From Eledone cirrhosa (taxonomy: Eukaryota): a stretch of DNA of 64,000 nt. Positions 16,022 through 29,398 of the stretch are shown piece by piece (position 1 is the first letter of the stretch; every line of letters starts with the position of its first letter). The notes under the pieces are model-generated. The model was given only the letters and a program-made list of their open reading frames with translations. It was not told the DNA's origin and did no database searches. A program made the position numbers and the translations under genes. The stretch spans positions 313,162,001 through 313,226,000 of the forward strand of contig OZ024741.1 in the NCBI GenBank assembly GCA_964016885.1. Direction: 5' to 3'.

Positions 16022-16488
16022 ATACAGTATATGCCGGTGTGAAGATTGATCCGCTGCATAGGTCGACCCATCAACTTCTGAGGTGTAATTCAGCTTAGGC
16101 CTATATACGGCGGATGAGATGACACCCCTAACATAAGGCATTACCATCTCCCCAGCGGTAGATATGTTTGCCGTTGTTTAATTGCATGGAATAAAAAACA
16201 GAAATAAACACTAAATAGTTGCAAAATAAAAATGCATGTCAAGAAAATACAATTTGTAAAATTCATTTTACAGTTACCAAAATGATTTAAATAAACTGCT
16301 TTATTAGTAAACAACATGCTACCACAACGTTACTTGAAACGCATAATTTAAACAATCTAAATATTCCAAATCCTCTGTGTATCAGCATTACATGGCGATT
16401 AATATTAAATTTCGGTATGTTTTGTTTCGCGGGTAAAAAATTCAGTGAATCAGTATTCCATTAATATTATATCTATAATATTAATAAA

Positions 16489-16495
<7 letters not shown>
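16022..16495 (+). repeat. Segment B of the tandem unit
   Basis: Aligns by eye to 3113-3605 and 52020-52520. Confidence 0.8.
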
Positions 16496-16544
<49 letters not shown>

Positions 16545-16548
<4 letters not shown>

Positions 16549-16904
16549 TATAGAGTAAAGTATGTCCAGAGAATTATTTGATAATATATATACATCATCT
16601 CTACTCCCAATCAGCATCATTAACCACACAAAAAATCAATTAGACGAGGCTATAAGAATAAAAGGCATTTATGAAGAAACAGTAAATAAATACGATATCG
16701 TGGCGTCTTCGCGTGCAACATTTCAACAGCACGTGGAAAATTAATTAAATACACGGTCAACCATACATAATTAGGTAAAAATTAATGTTAGAAATGCTTA
16801 TATACACACCAGGATTAAATGTGTGGTTAAGTATGCTGATTGGGAGTAGAGATGATGTATATATAGTATCAAATAATTCTCTGGACATACTTTACTCTAT
16901 AGTA
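16545..16904. repeat. Inverted repeat (~85-bp arms 16545-16630 / 16819-16904), probably an extremely truncated PLE
   Basis: atactatagagtaaagtatgtccagagaattatttga... is the reverse complement of ...tcaaataattctctggacatactttactctatagtat. The spacer encodes LDEAIRIK, resembling a GIY-YIG C-terminal helix. Confidence 0.65.
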
Positions 16905-16998
16905 TTTCGCTCTGACTAATTTATTAATTAGCCACATCGTGAAAAGTTGCAAAAACACATATATACCTGTGACTTTGTTTAATTGGTGTATGTGTAAA

Positions 16999-17036
<38 letters not shown>

Positions 17037-17576
17037 TAAAGTTAGTCCTTCATCAGTGATCTTCCAACCATCATTGGTATTTCATCGCTTTAAAGACCAT
17101 ATACCTCCGGTTGGTGCGAGCAACGGCTAAAAAAAGTCGTTGGGAACGTAAATAAAGGGGACACGAGAGTGTAAACAAACAAAGATGGTGAAGCAACGAA
17201 AAGTGAGGAAGACCGAGTCAAGTCCCAAATTTCCATGAATATATGTTCGGTGAAAATGTGAACGAGAGAGAATAAAGACCATCAAACCTGGTTGGAATGT
17301 GACCAAGGAAGGAATTCCGTACAGGTCTAACGGGAGGAAGAAGGAATCTAGTCTGTGAATTCGGTGAACATAAGTTCTGTGAAATCGTATACGAGATAGA
17401 GAAAAAAAGCGAAACAGCCTGACCAAGTGTGTGAAAGAAAAGAATTACGCACAGGTCAAACGGGAAGAAGGAGGAGGAGGAGAGGTAGTAGCAGAGAGTG
17501 AGTGTGTGAAGGGTGAGGAAGAGGCTAACAGAGAGTGACTGTGAGAGAGGATAAAGATACAGAGAAAGAGGAAGCA

Positions 17577-17633
<57 letters not shown>

Positions 17634-17797
17634 AGATTTGAATGGATACAGTTTAGTTGAAAGGAATTTATTGACACGTGTTTCTATAACAGTTACATAA
17701 CCTAAAATAGCTATCTACAAACTTTTAGTTATGCAGACATTCAATATTTCAATGATATTATTTACTGTCATTTCATCAGAATAATATTACTGAGGAC

Positions 17798-17857
<60 letters not shown>

Positions 17858-18389
17858 TGGGGAGAGAGTGAGCGAGAAAAGGTGAAGTTGGAAATAGCAC
17901 GGGAAATATATTTAAGTGTCTGTTTTTCTTTTTTGGTTCGTCAAAGTGACATTATTGAAAATATAACATGATTTTAAAAAATGAGAGGGACAAATTTTAA
18001 TTTTTTTTTGTGATAATGTATATACAGTATATGAAGAATTATCGATTTCGATGTGTTATTAAAATCCATCTTATCAAATTTTGAGTGTAAAAAAATTAAA
18101 AAGAGTTCATAGGAATTAAAAACGAAGGGTTTAAAATTAAAATCAAAATCAAATGTTTGGATAAATTTTCTTCCATCCTTCTTGCTGAAAAAATTGTTTG
18201 GAAAGCGAAGGTTACTTGTTTTTCTTCACAGGAGTAAGTTGTGTTTCGAAAAACATCCTGTGAGCGTATTATTAATCGAGTGGTCAATAGTTCAAAAGGG
18301 GATAGGGGATTGTAAGATAGAGGTGAATTCTGTAGAAGAAATAGTAGGATTGTATGAGAAATTCTATTATTGGAATGATGCTTCAGGGA

Positions 18390-18444
<55 letters not shown>

Positions 18445-18473
18445 TATATAGAGAGAGAGTGAGGGTGTATATA

Positions 18474-18521
<48 letters not shown>

Positions 18522-18609
18522 AGTCTGTCTGTCCCATTCCCTTTAGCAATACATACGTGTGTGTTTGTGTGTGTTTTTTTCATCCTGTCTGTCACAGATA
18601 CCTTTGTGG

Positions 18610-19070
18610 AGGGAAATTAAGAAACATTTTTTTTTCTTCAAAATTCAGAAAATTGTAAAAAATTAAAAACCAAAATCTAAAGGATTCTCAGAAACCAAAA
18701 AATTTTAAAATTAAAAAAATTAAAGTTTTCTTCCTTCTCAAAAACACTTCTTTAACAAAAACCTGAGTATCAGTAGCAGTAATTTCTGCAATGAGTAATT
18801 TGTTTCTCTTATTTTGTGGTATGTGTGTATATATAAATACACATACACACAGGGAATTAAGGAACATTTTTTTTCTTTCAAAATTCAGAAAATTGTCAAA
18901 AATCAAAAACTAAAATCCAAAGAATTCTGAGAATCCCAAAATTTCAACATTAGCAAAAAATGTTTTTTAAAACAAATTCTTTAAAAAAAAATCCAGAGTA
19001 TCAGTAGCAGTAACTTCTGCAATGGGTAATTTTTTCCGCTTATTTTGTGGTGTATGTGTGTGCATATACA
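18610..19070 (+). repeat. Two-copy direct tandem repeat, ~240-bp unit
   Basis: ggg(a)aattaag.aacattttttt...aaaattcagaaaattgt...gagtatcagtagcagtaa...ttattttgtggt occurs twice (starts ~18610 and ~18851). Confidence 0.85.
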
Positions 19071-19295
19071 CAAATGTTTCGCCGGCATGTAGCTACATGC
19101 CGGCCTACATGCCGGCGAAGCATTTCTAACACGAAATAAACTAAGTCCAGATGCATCACTGATTTTTCGTTTTCTTTATAATATATATATATATATATAT
19201 ATTTATGTAGATATATAAATATGTATGTATGTATGGACGTATGTGTGTATGTGTGTATGTATGCATTTATATATATACAGTATATATTATATATA

Positions 19296-19343
<48 letters not shown>

Positions 19344-19685
19344 TGTGTGTGTGTGTGTATGTTTATTTAAATTTAAGAATGTCGCAATTACAAATCGAAG
19401 TAAATGGTAGAAAATGGTAATATTTAGAAGGATTTATATATGTTATTTTTCTTTCGTTATTGTTTCTTACTTTCATAATGTTTATATCATTGCATTTAAC
19501 TGAACTAAAATCCATGTATATATTATAGGGGATCGATTTAATATTCAATAAGTATACAAGTTCATTTGTTCATCACAAGACAGCTTTAAACTTAAATTTT
19601 TGTATTAAATTTTATCATTGATAATATGTAATTAACATGTAATTAATTAAATCTTCAACATTGTCACATATAGTGATAGTTTTAG

Positions 19686-19817
19686 AATGCCGAGTAGGAA
19701 AGTTTCGTGTTGCTTGTAATGGGACATGCCATTGTATCAACAACATTAACTGTGACATGCGAAATGGAACATGTTCAGATGGATGTTCTGCAGGCTATGT
19801 TGGTGACAACTTGCTAC
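19686..19817 (+). pseudogene. EGF-like exon copy with a 23-bp deletion removing the last Cys and the normal splice donor
   Basis: ttttag acceptor, then ECRVGKFRVACNGTCHCINNINCDMRNGTCSDGCSAGYVGDN. Consensus 'ttgccaagaaggtatctcataaa' is missing after 19809. Confidence 0.8.
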
Positions 19818-19824
19818 GTATTTA

Positions 19825-19871
<47 letters not shown>

Positions 19872-20005
19872 ACACATATATATATATATCTATATATATC
19901 AACATATATCGTGTGTGTGTGTGTATAGAGCTATGTTAGAACCACCATTTCAACTGTCTCTCTCTTTGTCTCTGACTCACTCTCTCTCTCTCCACACACA
20001 CACAA

Positions 20006-20056
<51 letters not shown>

Positions 20057-20058
<2 letters not shown>

Positions 20059-22511
20059 GCAACAACTTGGAAGGAAATCTGTTGAAGGCCTGGTTAGCCT
20101 CAAGCAGCGCACAAGGGATGGTGAGATAGTGTGTCTACACGCAGATAAATCTTGTAGGATGTCAATAGACAGCATGCTGAACTATATCAAGGCTGGGCAA
20201 CCCCCACATCCTCAACAGGAGCGAAACTACACAACAAACACATGCGGGGTGAGAGAAGATCCTCAACGCTCACTGCCAACAGCTTCCAGGCGTCTAACAA
20301 TGACATACCACACTTGTAAGGGCTCCGCAAAGACCATAAGACAGCCGACGACACGACGACAGGACCACCAAAAAGACATGTATGCGTAGCCAATATTGTT
20401 AGCAACTACAGGATCTCCTACTTCCTCTCGATGGTTATACGCTCAATAATTAAGATGTCTCCAGATGTACGTGCGAGTACAGAGGACCTCCTCAGCAGAA
20501 TCAATAAGTGCAACAAAAACAAACTTATCTAACTGCATAATATGCAGCATGGACGTGGTATCAGTGTACTATCCATTAACATTGATTTTGCTGTGGAAAA
20601 ATATGTGTGGAAATAATCAGTTTGAGTGAGGTGGAGTTCTGCTATGTCGACACATTACAACTGGGCCTCCTGCTTAGATTTACCTATGACCCTGAGTACC
20701 TAGATAGCAATGACCTTAGCGATTTCTGTTCCAGTAGACTCATAAGAGGTAGACCCCGCCACCATAACCTCAATAGCTAAAAAGACTCCCATAGGAAGGT
20801 GAATTGGGTGGACCAAAGCTATACGGACACACAAAAACAATCATTGGGATTGAAATATGGTCGCGCATGCAATAGAGGCTACTATTAAAACTCCCCTAAA
20901 GGGCCATATGTTTAAATTCAATGAAAAGATCTGCATCGAGAATGTGGGAGCATTAATTGGCGTCAGGGTAGCTGGTCATATTGCCAATCCATTTATGGTA
21001 TGGTGGGAAAGGAGACTCAAAGATATCCCTGAAGAGATCTCCATAGATCTCATGTACTCTCGTTACGTAGACGATATTAATATAGTAATAAGAACACCCC
21101 CACAAAAAATACTAACGAACATGATTTAGAATGTAGCACAATGGAAAGTATACAATAGATAGCTAACTCCCTGAGTATAACTGTAACTGTTGACTACCCT
21201 TCCAAACACCCCGACAATAGACCTCCTGTATTAGACACAGAACTCTAGATTAACACTATAGACGAGAGGACCCACATTCTTCACTCACACTATGCTAAAA
21301 CCATGGCCTCCAAATACCTGATACTCAAAAACTCAGCAATATCCAGTAGTACTAAGTTTTATATTCTGATCGTAGGCTTGGTACAATTAATGAAGAACGT
21401 GTCCCGCATGTGCGACCCAACAGATATGGAAATACACATCCAACACGTCATCAACCGCATGCAGCACTCTAGCTACAACCAAAGAAGGAGAATCAGAGTA
21501 TACAAAGGAGCCACGAAGAAGTATAAGACCCTCATAGAACTGGACATGAAAGGAATTTGCCTATTATAGAGGAGCAAATCATAGAATAGCTTAGATAGGA
21601 CTAAACATAAGATAGGGAAAGCCACCTCATGGTACGACAACCAGAGATACCAGAGTGTCATGTTCGTGGATGCTACCCCTGGGGAAAATTAGCTTACAAA
21701 TTTAGAAAGACCCTAAGAAAGACCCACTTAAAGATTAACGTGGTAGAAAAGCCAGGAACTACAATAACATCCCTGATCAGCAAAACATACCTCTTTAAGA
21801 AAACCCACTGTAATTATAAGAAATGTGTTATATTTAAAGTGATCACCCAGATAAACTGTACAACTTGAAATGTAGTTTATACCATTAGATATACCGAGGG
21901 GACCTGCTGAAACATGACAACGACATACATAGGTGACAGATCTCGCTCGAAGCATACGAGAAAGAATAGACCAACGCTGGGGCGAATTAAAGAACAAAAA
22001 AAACGGTTCAGTACTATATAGACACTCCAGACAAAAACATGACGGGAACATAGACAACATAGAAATTAAAATAATATCTAAACATAGAAATGAACCAGCA
22101 GGTAGGCAAATCAGAGAAGCGAGTGAAATAGAGCTTAGAAAACCAAAGTTAAACAGAAAAAATGAACGGAATAACAAAACAACCATATCCAAACAAACAA
22201 TACTGACTTAACATAAATATAAATAAATAAATAAATAAAATAAAAATGGCGTAAACACAACACAATAGGAGGAAACATGAAAATAGTACCACTGATGATG
22301 TTGCAGATGTGAAACAAAAGAACTTTGTTAGACTATATATATATTTATTTATATCTGTATTTTTAACCGTTGATATGTCAATGATAAACATTATTTGCCA
22401 AATACATTAACTATGGAGATATAAAAGATGCAGAAGCAATAACGAACCAAACAGTGAGTGTGTTCTGTTATTATTTGTGGCAATTACAAAAATATGACCC
22501 TCGCCAAGTAT

Positions 22512-22515
<4 letters not shown>
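20057..22515 (+). mobile_element. Decayed Penelope-like element of a second clade (RT plus GIY-YIG)
   Basis: GALIGVRVAGHIANPFM, YSRYVDDINI, TVDYPSKHPDNRPPVLD, HSHYAKTMASKYLI, YIGDRSRSIRER, RQIREASEI..KPKLN, with multiple stops and frameshifts. 3' pseudo-LTR has a hammerhead-like motif at 22292. Confidence 0.85.
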
Positions 22516-22587
<72 letters not shown>

Positions 22588-22687
22588 ATATATGTATGTA
22601 TGTATGCATGTGTGTGTGTATGTGTGTATTTATGCATTTATATGTATACAGTATATATTATATATATATATCTATGTGTGTGTGTGT

Positions 22688-22812
22688 TTATTTAAACGTA
22701 AGAATGTCGTAATTACATATAGGAAATAGCAGAAAATTGTAATATTTGAAGGATTATATATGTTATTTTTCTTATGTTATTGTGTGTTTCTTTCATGATA
22801 TTTTTAACATCT
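22688..22812 (+). repeat. Truncated intronic part of segment A (no exon follows)
   Basis: ttatttaaacgtaagaatgtcgtaattacatat...gaaggattatatatgttattttt matches the sequence upstream of the exons at 19686, 34723 and 52974. Confidence 0.75.
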
Positions 22813-22958
22813 TTACACCGGTAAAGGAACCAAATAAAGATATATATTTTTAAAAAAAATAAGACTCCAGTTGCATTTTCGATTTCATCTTTTTTTCTTT
22901 ATACTTTCACTCGTGTAGGACACCTCGGTTATTTTTCATTTTGTAAAAAAAACCTCAC

Positions 22959-23057
<99 letters not shown>

Positions 23058-23060
23058 GTA

Positions 23061-23107
<47 letters not shown>

Positions 23108-23108
<1 letters not shown>

Positions 23109-24121
23109 TTTGTGGTTCAATGCAAGGGGATGCAGAACAATTATATGAAAAACGTAAAATAAGACAATTATAGTAATTAGCTTACTTACTTAAATTTCGC
23201 TCCAACTAATTAGTTTCTGAAAGGGAATATACATAGTCTCCAAATGGAGATCATGGAGAAACCTTTTCGTCATCGGGGAGTCATTCTCAGCTAAGATACC
23301 TGGTGATGCGCGGACTCAGTGGATGGAAAAGAGCAAGCACGGACTAAATTCAAAGACACTGAAAAAATCACTGCCTTCTTGTTCGGAGGCAAATTCCAAA
23401 GAATCAATCACGTGACATCGAGGTTACTCAGTGAGGAGTGGGGTGTTAAAAAGACAGTAGCCAAGCTGTTACTATGCACTATAGTAGTAATTTTGGCAAA
23501 TTTTTGCTCAACAAAATGTATAACTAATTAGTTGGAGTGAAATTTAAATAAGTAAGCTAATTACTATAATTTTCTTATTTTACGTTTTTCATATAGTTGT
23601 TCTGCATCCCCTTGTATTGAACCACAATGTTACTAAGACAAAACCTATATATTTGCTTGCATAGGTATATATCTGTATATATATGTTGGTAGATATACTA
23701 ATTCTTTATAATTATCTCCAAATTATTTTGTTGAGCAAACATTTGCCAAAATTACTACTATAGTTCATAGTAACAGCTTGGCTACTGTCTTTTTAATACC
23801 CCACTCCTCACTGAATAACCTCGATGTCACGTGATTTATTCTTTTGAATTGGCCACCGAACAAAAAGGCAGTGAATTTTTCAGTATCTTGGAATTTAGTC
23901 CCCGCTTGCTCTTTTCCTTCCACTGAATATTTTTGTATGAGTTCCCTGTGTCAGCGCATCGCCAGGTGTCTTAGCTGAGAATGACTCCCTGATGACGAAA
24001 AGGTTTCTCCATGATCTCCGTTTGGAGACTATGTATATTCCCTTTCAGAAACTAATTAGTTGGAGTGAAATATAAGTAAGTAGGCTAATTACTATAATTT
24101 TTCTTATTTTACGTGTTTCAT
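23108..24121. mobile_element. Fold-back insertion of the ~522-528-nt hammerhead-bearing repeat family (candidate retrozyme family 2)
   Basis: 23108-23520 is inverted relative to 23521-24121. Same family as 53895-54340 and 61928-63345. Flanked by (TA)n. Confidence 0.85.
23984..24066 (+). ncRNA. Type I hammerhead ribozyme with extended stem II
   Basis: actcc-CTGATGA-cgaaaagg...cctttca-GAAA-CTAATTAG-TT-ggagt. Stem I actcc/ggagt is perfect and stem III is palindromic. Confidence 0.85.
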
Positions 24122-24122
24122 A

Positions 24123-24160
<38 letters not shown>

Positions 24161-24709
24161 CTATATTATATTTTGAGATTAAACTCTCAGTCGTTTACAA
24201 TTAATAAGCTCCAAGAAAGGGGCATTTCCGAGCAGTTAAATACATCAATATATATGATAAACACAAAACGTGTTTGCATTGTAACAGACAAAGTTAGCTA
24301 TCAATGAAATAAACTAATTAAAGTGAATACAATTTGTCTGTCTCGATATAAGTCAATAAAGACAAGCTTATATTGGCAAAGGCCGTGATTCCTGGACAAA
24401 TTTAAATTTCAAAATCCAAAACCGCTCCGTAGATGAATTTGAACTTCGAAACCCAAATATGTTTCGCAAGATGGTACATGAATTGAAAAATAAAGAGAAT
24501 CGAAATGGAATTGAAATAAAAAGTGAAATATCCAAAACTTCTATGCTTATCGACAGGAATCCAGTAAAATTAGTACATTTCACCATCAAAAATTTTGCAG
24601 GTCTGACTACACGTGTGTGTAGCCAGGCCAAACTAGCCGTCCCGCATTCCCGGTGCTAGAAATAACAGCCGTTTATGCGGGATTAAAGATCAGCTCTACA
24701 GTTAAGGAG

Positions 24710-24742
<33 letters not shown>

Positions 24743-24748
<6 letters not shown>

Positions 24749-26573
24749 TAAACGGAATAGAAAATGCTGACAAATTGTTCACAGTTGAAAAATGGTTTAA
24801 TTAGGAATAAAAGAGTATTAGTGATTGTATGAGTTAGTATTCAGTTGTGGTTTTAAGTTTTTAAGTTTTTCCGGTTGCGCATTTCTAAATGCTTTTCAAA
24901 AATAATTTTGAGATAGAGTGTCCGTGCTGTTTGCTCTGATCTGATTAGTTTTGGGAATTCTACCTGTTTTTATGTTAAAAAAATGGCTCCAGCATTATTT
25001 TTGTGTTGCAAAAATGCTTGTGGTCAAAACAATTTTGATTGGTCGGTAGAGGTCATGTGAATGTAAAAAGTTGATTTTGCGCCAAGACTGTTTTATGTTA
25101 AAATGTTAGAAAAGTGGCTCCAGCAAAATTTGGAAACACCCTCCACTTACACATTGAAAGGAACTGGAAGCGATATCTAGATGACTGCTTCATCCTTTGG
25201 CACGAAAACATCGAAAAACTTAATGAATTTCACACCCTTATAAATGGGCTCAACACAAATATTAACTTCACGATGGAATACAGCCATCAACAACTCCCCT
25301 TCCTCGACATCCTCATTAAGATCCATAACAAAAAAATAGAAACAGACATATACTACAAGCCCACAGACTCCAAGCAATACCTCCCCTTCAACTCTTGCCA
25401 CCCTAGACACGTTAAAATTAATATTCCCTACAACTTAGCCAAGAGAATCTGTACTATAGTCGCCAATAAAAACATCTGCTACTTACGGCTACAAGAACTA
25501 AAGGACACACTCATAGGCAGGGACTACCCTGCATCACTAATTGACAATGGAATCCAACGTGCCCTAAAACTCAGTACCCAGGACCTTAGACACCCTAAAG
25601 TAAATCAACCAAAACTAAAAGCTCTTCCATACATCTCCACACACAACCCCCTCAACAATGAGGCCTTTGACACCATCCTCCAGAACATCCCTGTATTGAA
25701 AAAGGACCATAGAATGAACCAAATTCTACGAACACACGATATCATAAAGAGCAAAAGACAATCCAAGTCAATGAAAAACATCTTAACACATGCCAAAGTA
25801 CTGCCAACCACAACAACGAAACCCACAGTAAAAAAATCCGATAGACCCAACTGTGGCATTTGCATCAACCTAATAGAGGGTTCGGAATTCTATTTCAAAG
25901 ATGGACAACGTTTTATAGTAAAACACAATTTCACATGTGCATCGGAAAATCTAATATATGTATTAACTTGTTCAGGTTGTCGAGAACAATACATAGGCCA
26001 GACCAAAAACAGCCTCCGCCAACGCATGACTGTCCATAGATCCCAAATTAAAATACGGGAATACAGGAAAATACCACTGAGTGAACACATTGATACCTGT
26101 GCCGCCCAAAATCATCCCAACTTCAGAATCTTTCCCCTCTACAAATTTAAAGATAATGCCACCCACACCCAGCGCATCAGCAAGGAATCTTACTTCATTA
26201 ACAAATACGGACCCCGTCTAAACACTTCTCCCTAAGACGAACCCACAACATACACACGTCAACATACATACCTACATCAGCACACATCTCTACCCACATA
26301 TAAACACAATGACACACGTAAACACACATGCTCTATGGTGCAATACAAAAAAATATATGTGCATATATATGTATGTATATATGTATATATATATATATAT
26401 ATGTAGTGAAAATATATATGTGTGTGTGTGTGTGTATATATATATAGTGAATAACATTTCACACCTTTTATTTTTTAAGATTGTTGATGTTCTATTAAGA
26501 GAACCGATTTTACTGAAAAAATCGAATAATGTACACCATTTTACCAGGGGGAAAAAAATACTGGTCCACCCAC

Positions 26574-26611
<38 letters not shown>

Positions 26612-26775
26612 TTCTCCGTATAAGACAAAAGCTGAAAAATATCTTTTGACCTTCGAATGACTCTGCTGTGTGTATGTACGCACACACACACACACACACA
26701 CTTATCTTAATAGCCATTTGACACACATCGCTGGTGGCTATTGTCGCAGCATCGAACACCTTACTACTACTACTA

Positions 26776-26829
<54 letters not shown>

Positions 26830-27345
26830 TTGTTGTGAAAGAGTCATTTCTCAATCTTGGCGCAAAACCAATTTTTTATTCACATGACCTCTACCGACCA
26901 ATCAAAATTGTTTTGACCAATAATTTTTGCTGGAGCCACTTTTCTAACATTTTAACATAAAAACAGTCTTGGCGCAAAATCAACTTTTTACATTCACATG
27001 ACCTCTACCGACCAATCAAAATTGTTTTGACCACAAGCAATTTTGCAACACAAAAATAACGCTGGAGCCATTTTTTTAACATAAAAACAGGTAGAATTCC
27101 CCAAACTAATCAGATCAGAGCAAACAGCACGGACACTCTATCTCAAAATTATTTTTGAAAAGCATTTAGAAATGCGCAACCGGTAAAAACTTAAAAACTT
27201 AAAACCACAACTGAATACTAACCCATACAATCACTAATACTCTTTTATTCCTAATTAAACCATTTTTCAACTGTGAACAATTTGTCAGCATTTTCTATTC
27301 CGTTTACCAATATATAATAACTTGTGTGTTACACCTCTATTCTTT

Positions 27346-27350
<5 letters not shown>
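24743..27350 (+). mobile_element. Young 5'-truncated Penelope-like element (Neptune-like) with inverted pseudo-LTR (24743-25128 / 26927-27313) and ~37-bp tail
   Basis: A near-identical ~385-bp inverted repeat abuts the truncated ORF. Both ends lie in (TA)n. Confidence 0.92.
25128..26235 (+). CDS. PLE RT C-terminal half plus GIY-YIG endonuclease (open, 5'-truncated)
   Basis: WKRYLDDCFILW, LPFLDI, TDIYYKPTDSKQYL.FNSCHP, Cys linker CGIC, NLIYVLTCSGCREQYIGQT..LRQRM..H, RISKESYFI.....LN. Confidence 0.92.
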
Positions 27351-27433
<83 letters not shown>

Positions 27434-27624
27434 AAAGAATAGAGGTGTAACATTCCTGATGGTTTCTAATGAATGAAACAGTTCTAGTCCTGTAGAATCT
27501 CATCTATATTAAAACTGTTATACTCTGCTATGTATTGAGTACCTTACTTACTGTGGTTACCTCCGATTCAACCCGGAATAACGTATATATATATATATAT
27601 ACATCTATATATGTATATATATAC

Positions 27625-27708
<84 letters not shown>

Positions 27709-27727
27709 ATATATATATATCTGTATA

Positions 27728-27769
<42 letters not shown>

Positions 27770-27807
27770 TATGTATACATATATGTATACGTTTATATAT
27801 ATATATA

Positions 27808-28240
27808 CTGTATATGACGGTGTAAAAGTTGATCCGCTGCATAGGTCGACCCATCAAATTCTGAGCTGTAATTCAGGTTAGTCCTATATACGCCAGATGA
27901 GACACCTTGAATATAAGCCATTACTATCTCCCCAACCGTAGATATGCTTGCCGTTGTTTATTTGCACAAAATATAAAACATTGAAATAAACACTAAATAT
28001 GTGTAAAACAAAAATTCATGTGAAGAAAGTAGAATTTGTAAAATTTAATTTTCAGTTAACAAAATGATAAAACTGAACTGTTTTATTAGTAAACAACATG
28101 CTATCACACCGTCACTTGATACGCGTTAATTTAAAAAACCTAAATATTCCTTAGCCAATGTGTATCAGCATTATATGGCGATATATTTTTACTTTCGCCG
28201 TGCTTTGTTTTGTGGGGAAATTATAACTATAATTTAAATA
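27808..28240 (+). repeat. Segment B of the tandem unit
   Basis: Aligns to the other B copies. Confidence 0.8.
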
Positions 28241-28410
28241 ATTATTTCTACTTTTGGCACAAGGCCAGCAATTTACCAGTGCATTACTGGTGCTTTATTT
28301 TATAGAACCCGTAAGGATGAAAGGCAAAATTAACCTCGGCGGGATTTGAACTCAGAATGGCAAGGGCCGTAACTCTATACGTCAAAGCGTGGCGTCCGAC
28401 CCTCTACCTC
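28241..28410 (-). mobile_element. tRNA-derived SINE, cephalopod-type
   Basis: Minus-strand B box GAGTTCAAATCCCG followed by tttgcctttcatccttacggg. Copies at 35787-35975 and 48632-48826. Confidence 0.85.
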
Positions 28411-28430
28411 TATTATTTTAATAATAACAT

Positions 28431-28462
<32 letters not shown>

Positions 28463-28521
28463 GGTATTGATGTATGTATGAGTGTGTGTGTGTGTATGTA
28501 TGCATTTGTGTATATACAATT

Positions 28522-28585
<64 letters not shown>

Positions 28586-28918
28586 ATGTGTGTGTGAGTG
28601 TGTGTGTGTGTGTGTTTATTTAAATGTAAGAATGCCGCTATTACATATCGTAGTAACTGGTAGAATATTTGGAAGGATTATATAAGTTATTTTGCTCATA
28701 ATATGGTTTGTTTCTTTGAGACTATTTTTAACATTGCATTTAACTAAAAATCTATGTATATTTCATAGAAGTTCGATATAATATTATATAAATATACACG
28801 TTCATTTGTTTATTACAAGACCACTTTAATATTACCATTTGGTATAACATCGTATCATTTATACCTGTATTTAATTAATGATATCTTCAACGTTATCACA
28901 TATATAAGATATTTTTAG

Positions 28919-29053
28919 AATGCCGAGAAAGAAAGTATTGTGTTGCTTCTAATGGGACATGCCATTGTATCAACAACATGAACTGTGACAAGCGAAATGG
29001 AAGATGAGCAGATGGATGTTCTGCAGGTTATATTGGTGTTAATTGCCAAGAAG
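28919..29053 (+). pseudogene. EGF-like exon copy with a nonsense codon
   Basis: tttttag / G|GTATCT splice sites are intact over 135 bp. ECRERKYCVASNGTCHCINNMNCDKRNGR*ADGCSAGYIGVNCQE, with TGA at 29005-29007 replacing a Cys codon. Confidence 0.85.
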
Positions 29054-29151
29054 GTATCTCATAAATTTGTTACATATTTACTATAGTCACACACATACAT
29101 ACATACATACACACACACGCGCACACACGCATACACACACGCAAACACATT

Positions 29152-29193
<42 letters not shown>

Positions 29194-29249
29194 ATGCGTG
29201 TTGTGTGTGTGAGTATATATAATAAATATGTATCAAGTTTATGATATAC

Positions 29250-29384
29250 CTTGTTGGCAATCGTCACTAATGTAAACTTCAGAACATCCATCTGAATATC
29301 TTCCATTTCGCTTGTAACATTTAATATTGTTGATACAATAGCTTGTCCCATTACAAGCAACACCAAACTTTCCTACTCGGCATT
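29250..29384 (-). pseudogene. Inverted EGF-like exon copy
   Basis: Minus strand tttttag|ECRVGKFGVACNGTSYCINNIKCYKRNGRYSDGCSEVYISDDCQQG|gtatat. Two of eight Cys are lost and the orientation is opposite to all other copies. Confidence 0.85.
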
Positions 29385-29398
29385 CTAAAAATATCTGA

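Noticed and set aside
15965-16147. Recurrent minus-strand peptide [29 protein letters not shown] (segment B) as a second repeated exon
   Set aside because: Copies contain frameshifting indels (e.g. 27900, 63580) and lack consistent splice sites. The segment begins with a transposon-like terminus.
19072-19125. GC-rich short palindrome gccggcatgtagctacatgccggc as a terminator or regulatory site
   Set aside because: Eukaryotic context. The adjacent sequence matches the 46860-46905 pseudo-LTR family, so it is a tiny fold-back remnant.
21860-21915. In-frame TGA codons near the GIY-YIG Cys motif as selenocysteine (reported for some PLE clades)
   Set aside because: The element has many other stops and frameshifts. 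The TGAs do not clearly replace Cys and fit CGA>TGA decay, and no SECIS was identified.
29005-29007. TGA at a Cys position in the EGF exon as selenocysteine
   Set aside because: The same copy has lost another Cys and the conserved Gly residues, so it is simply degenerate.
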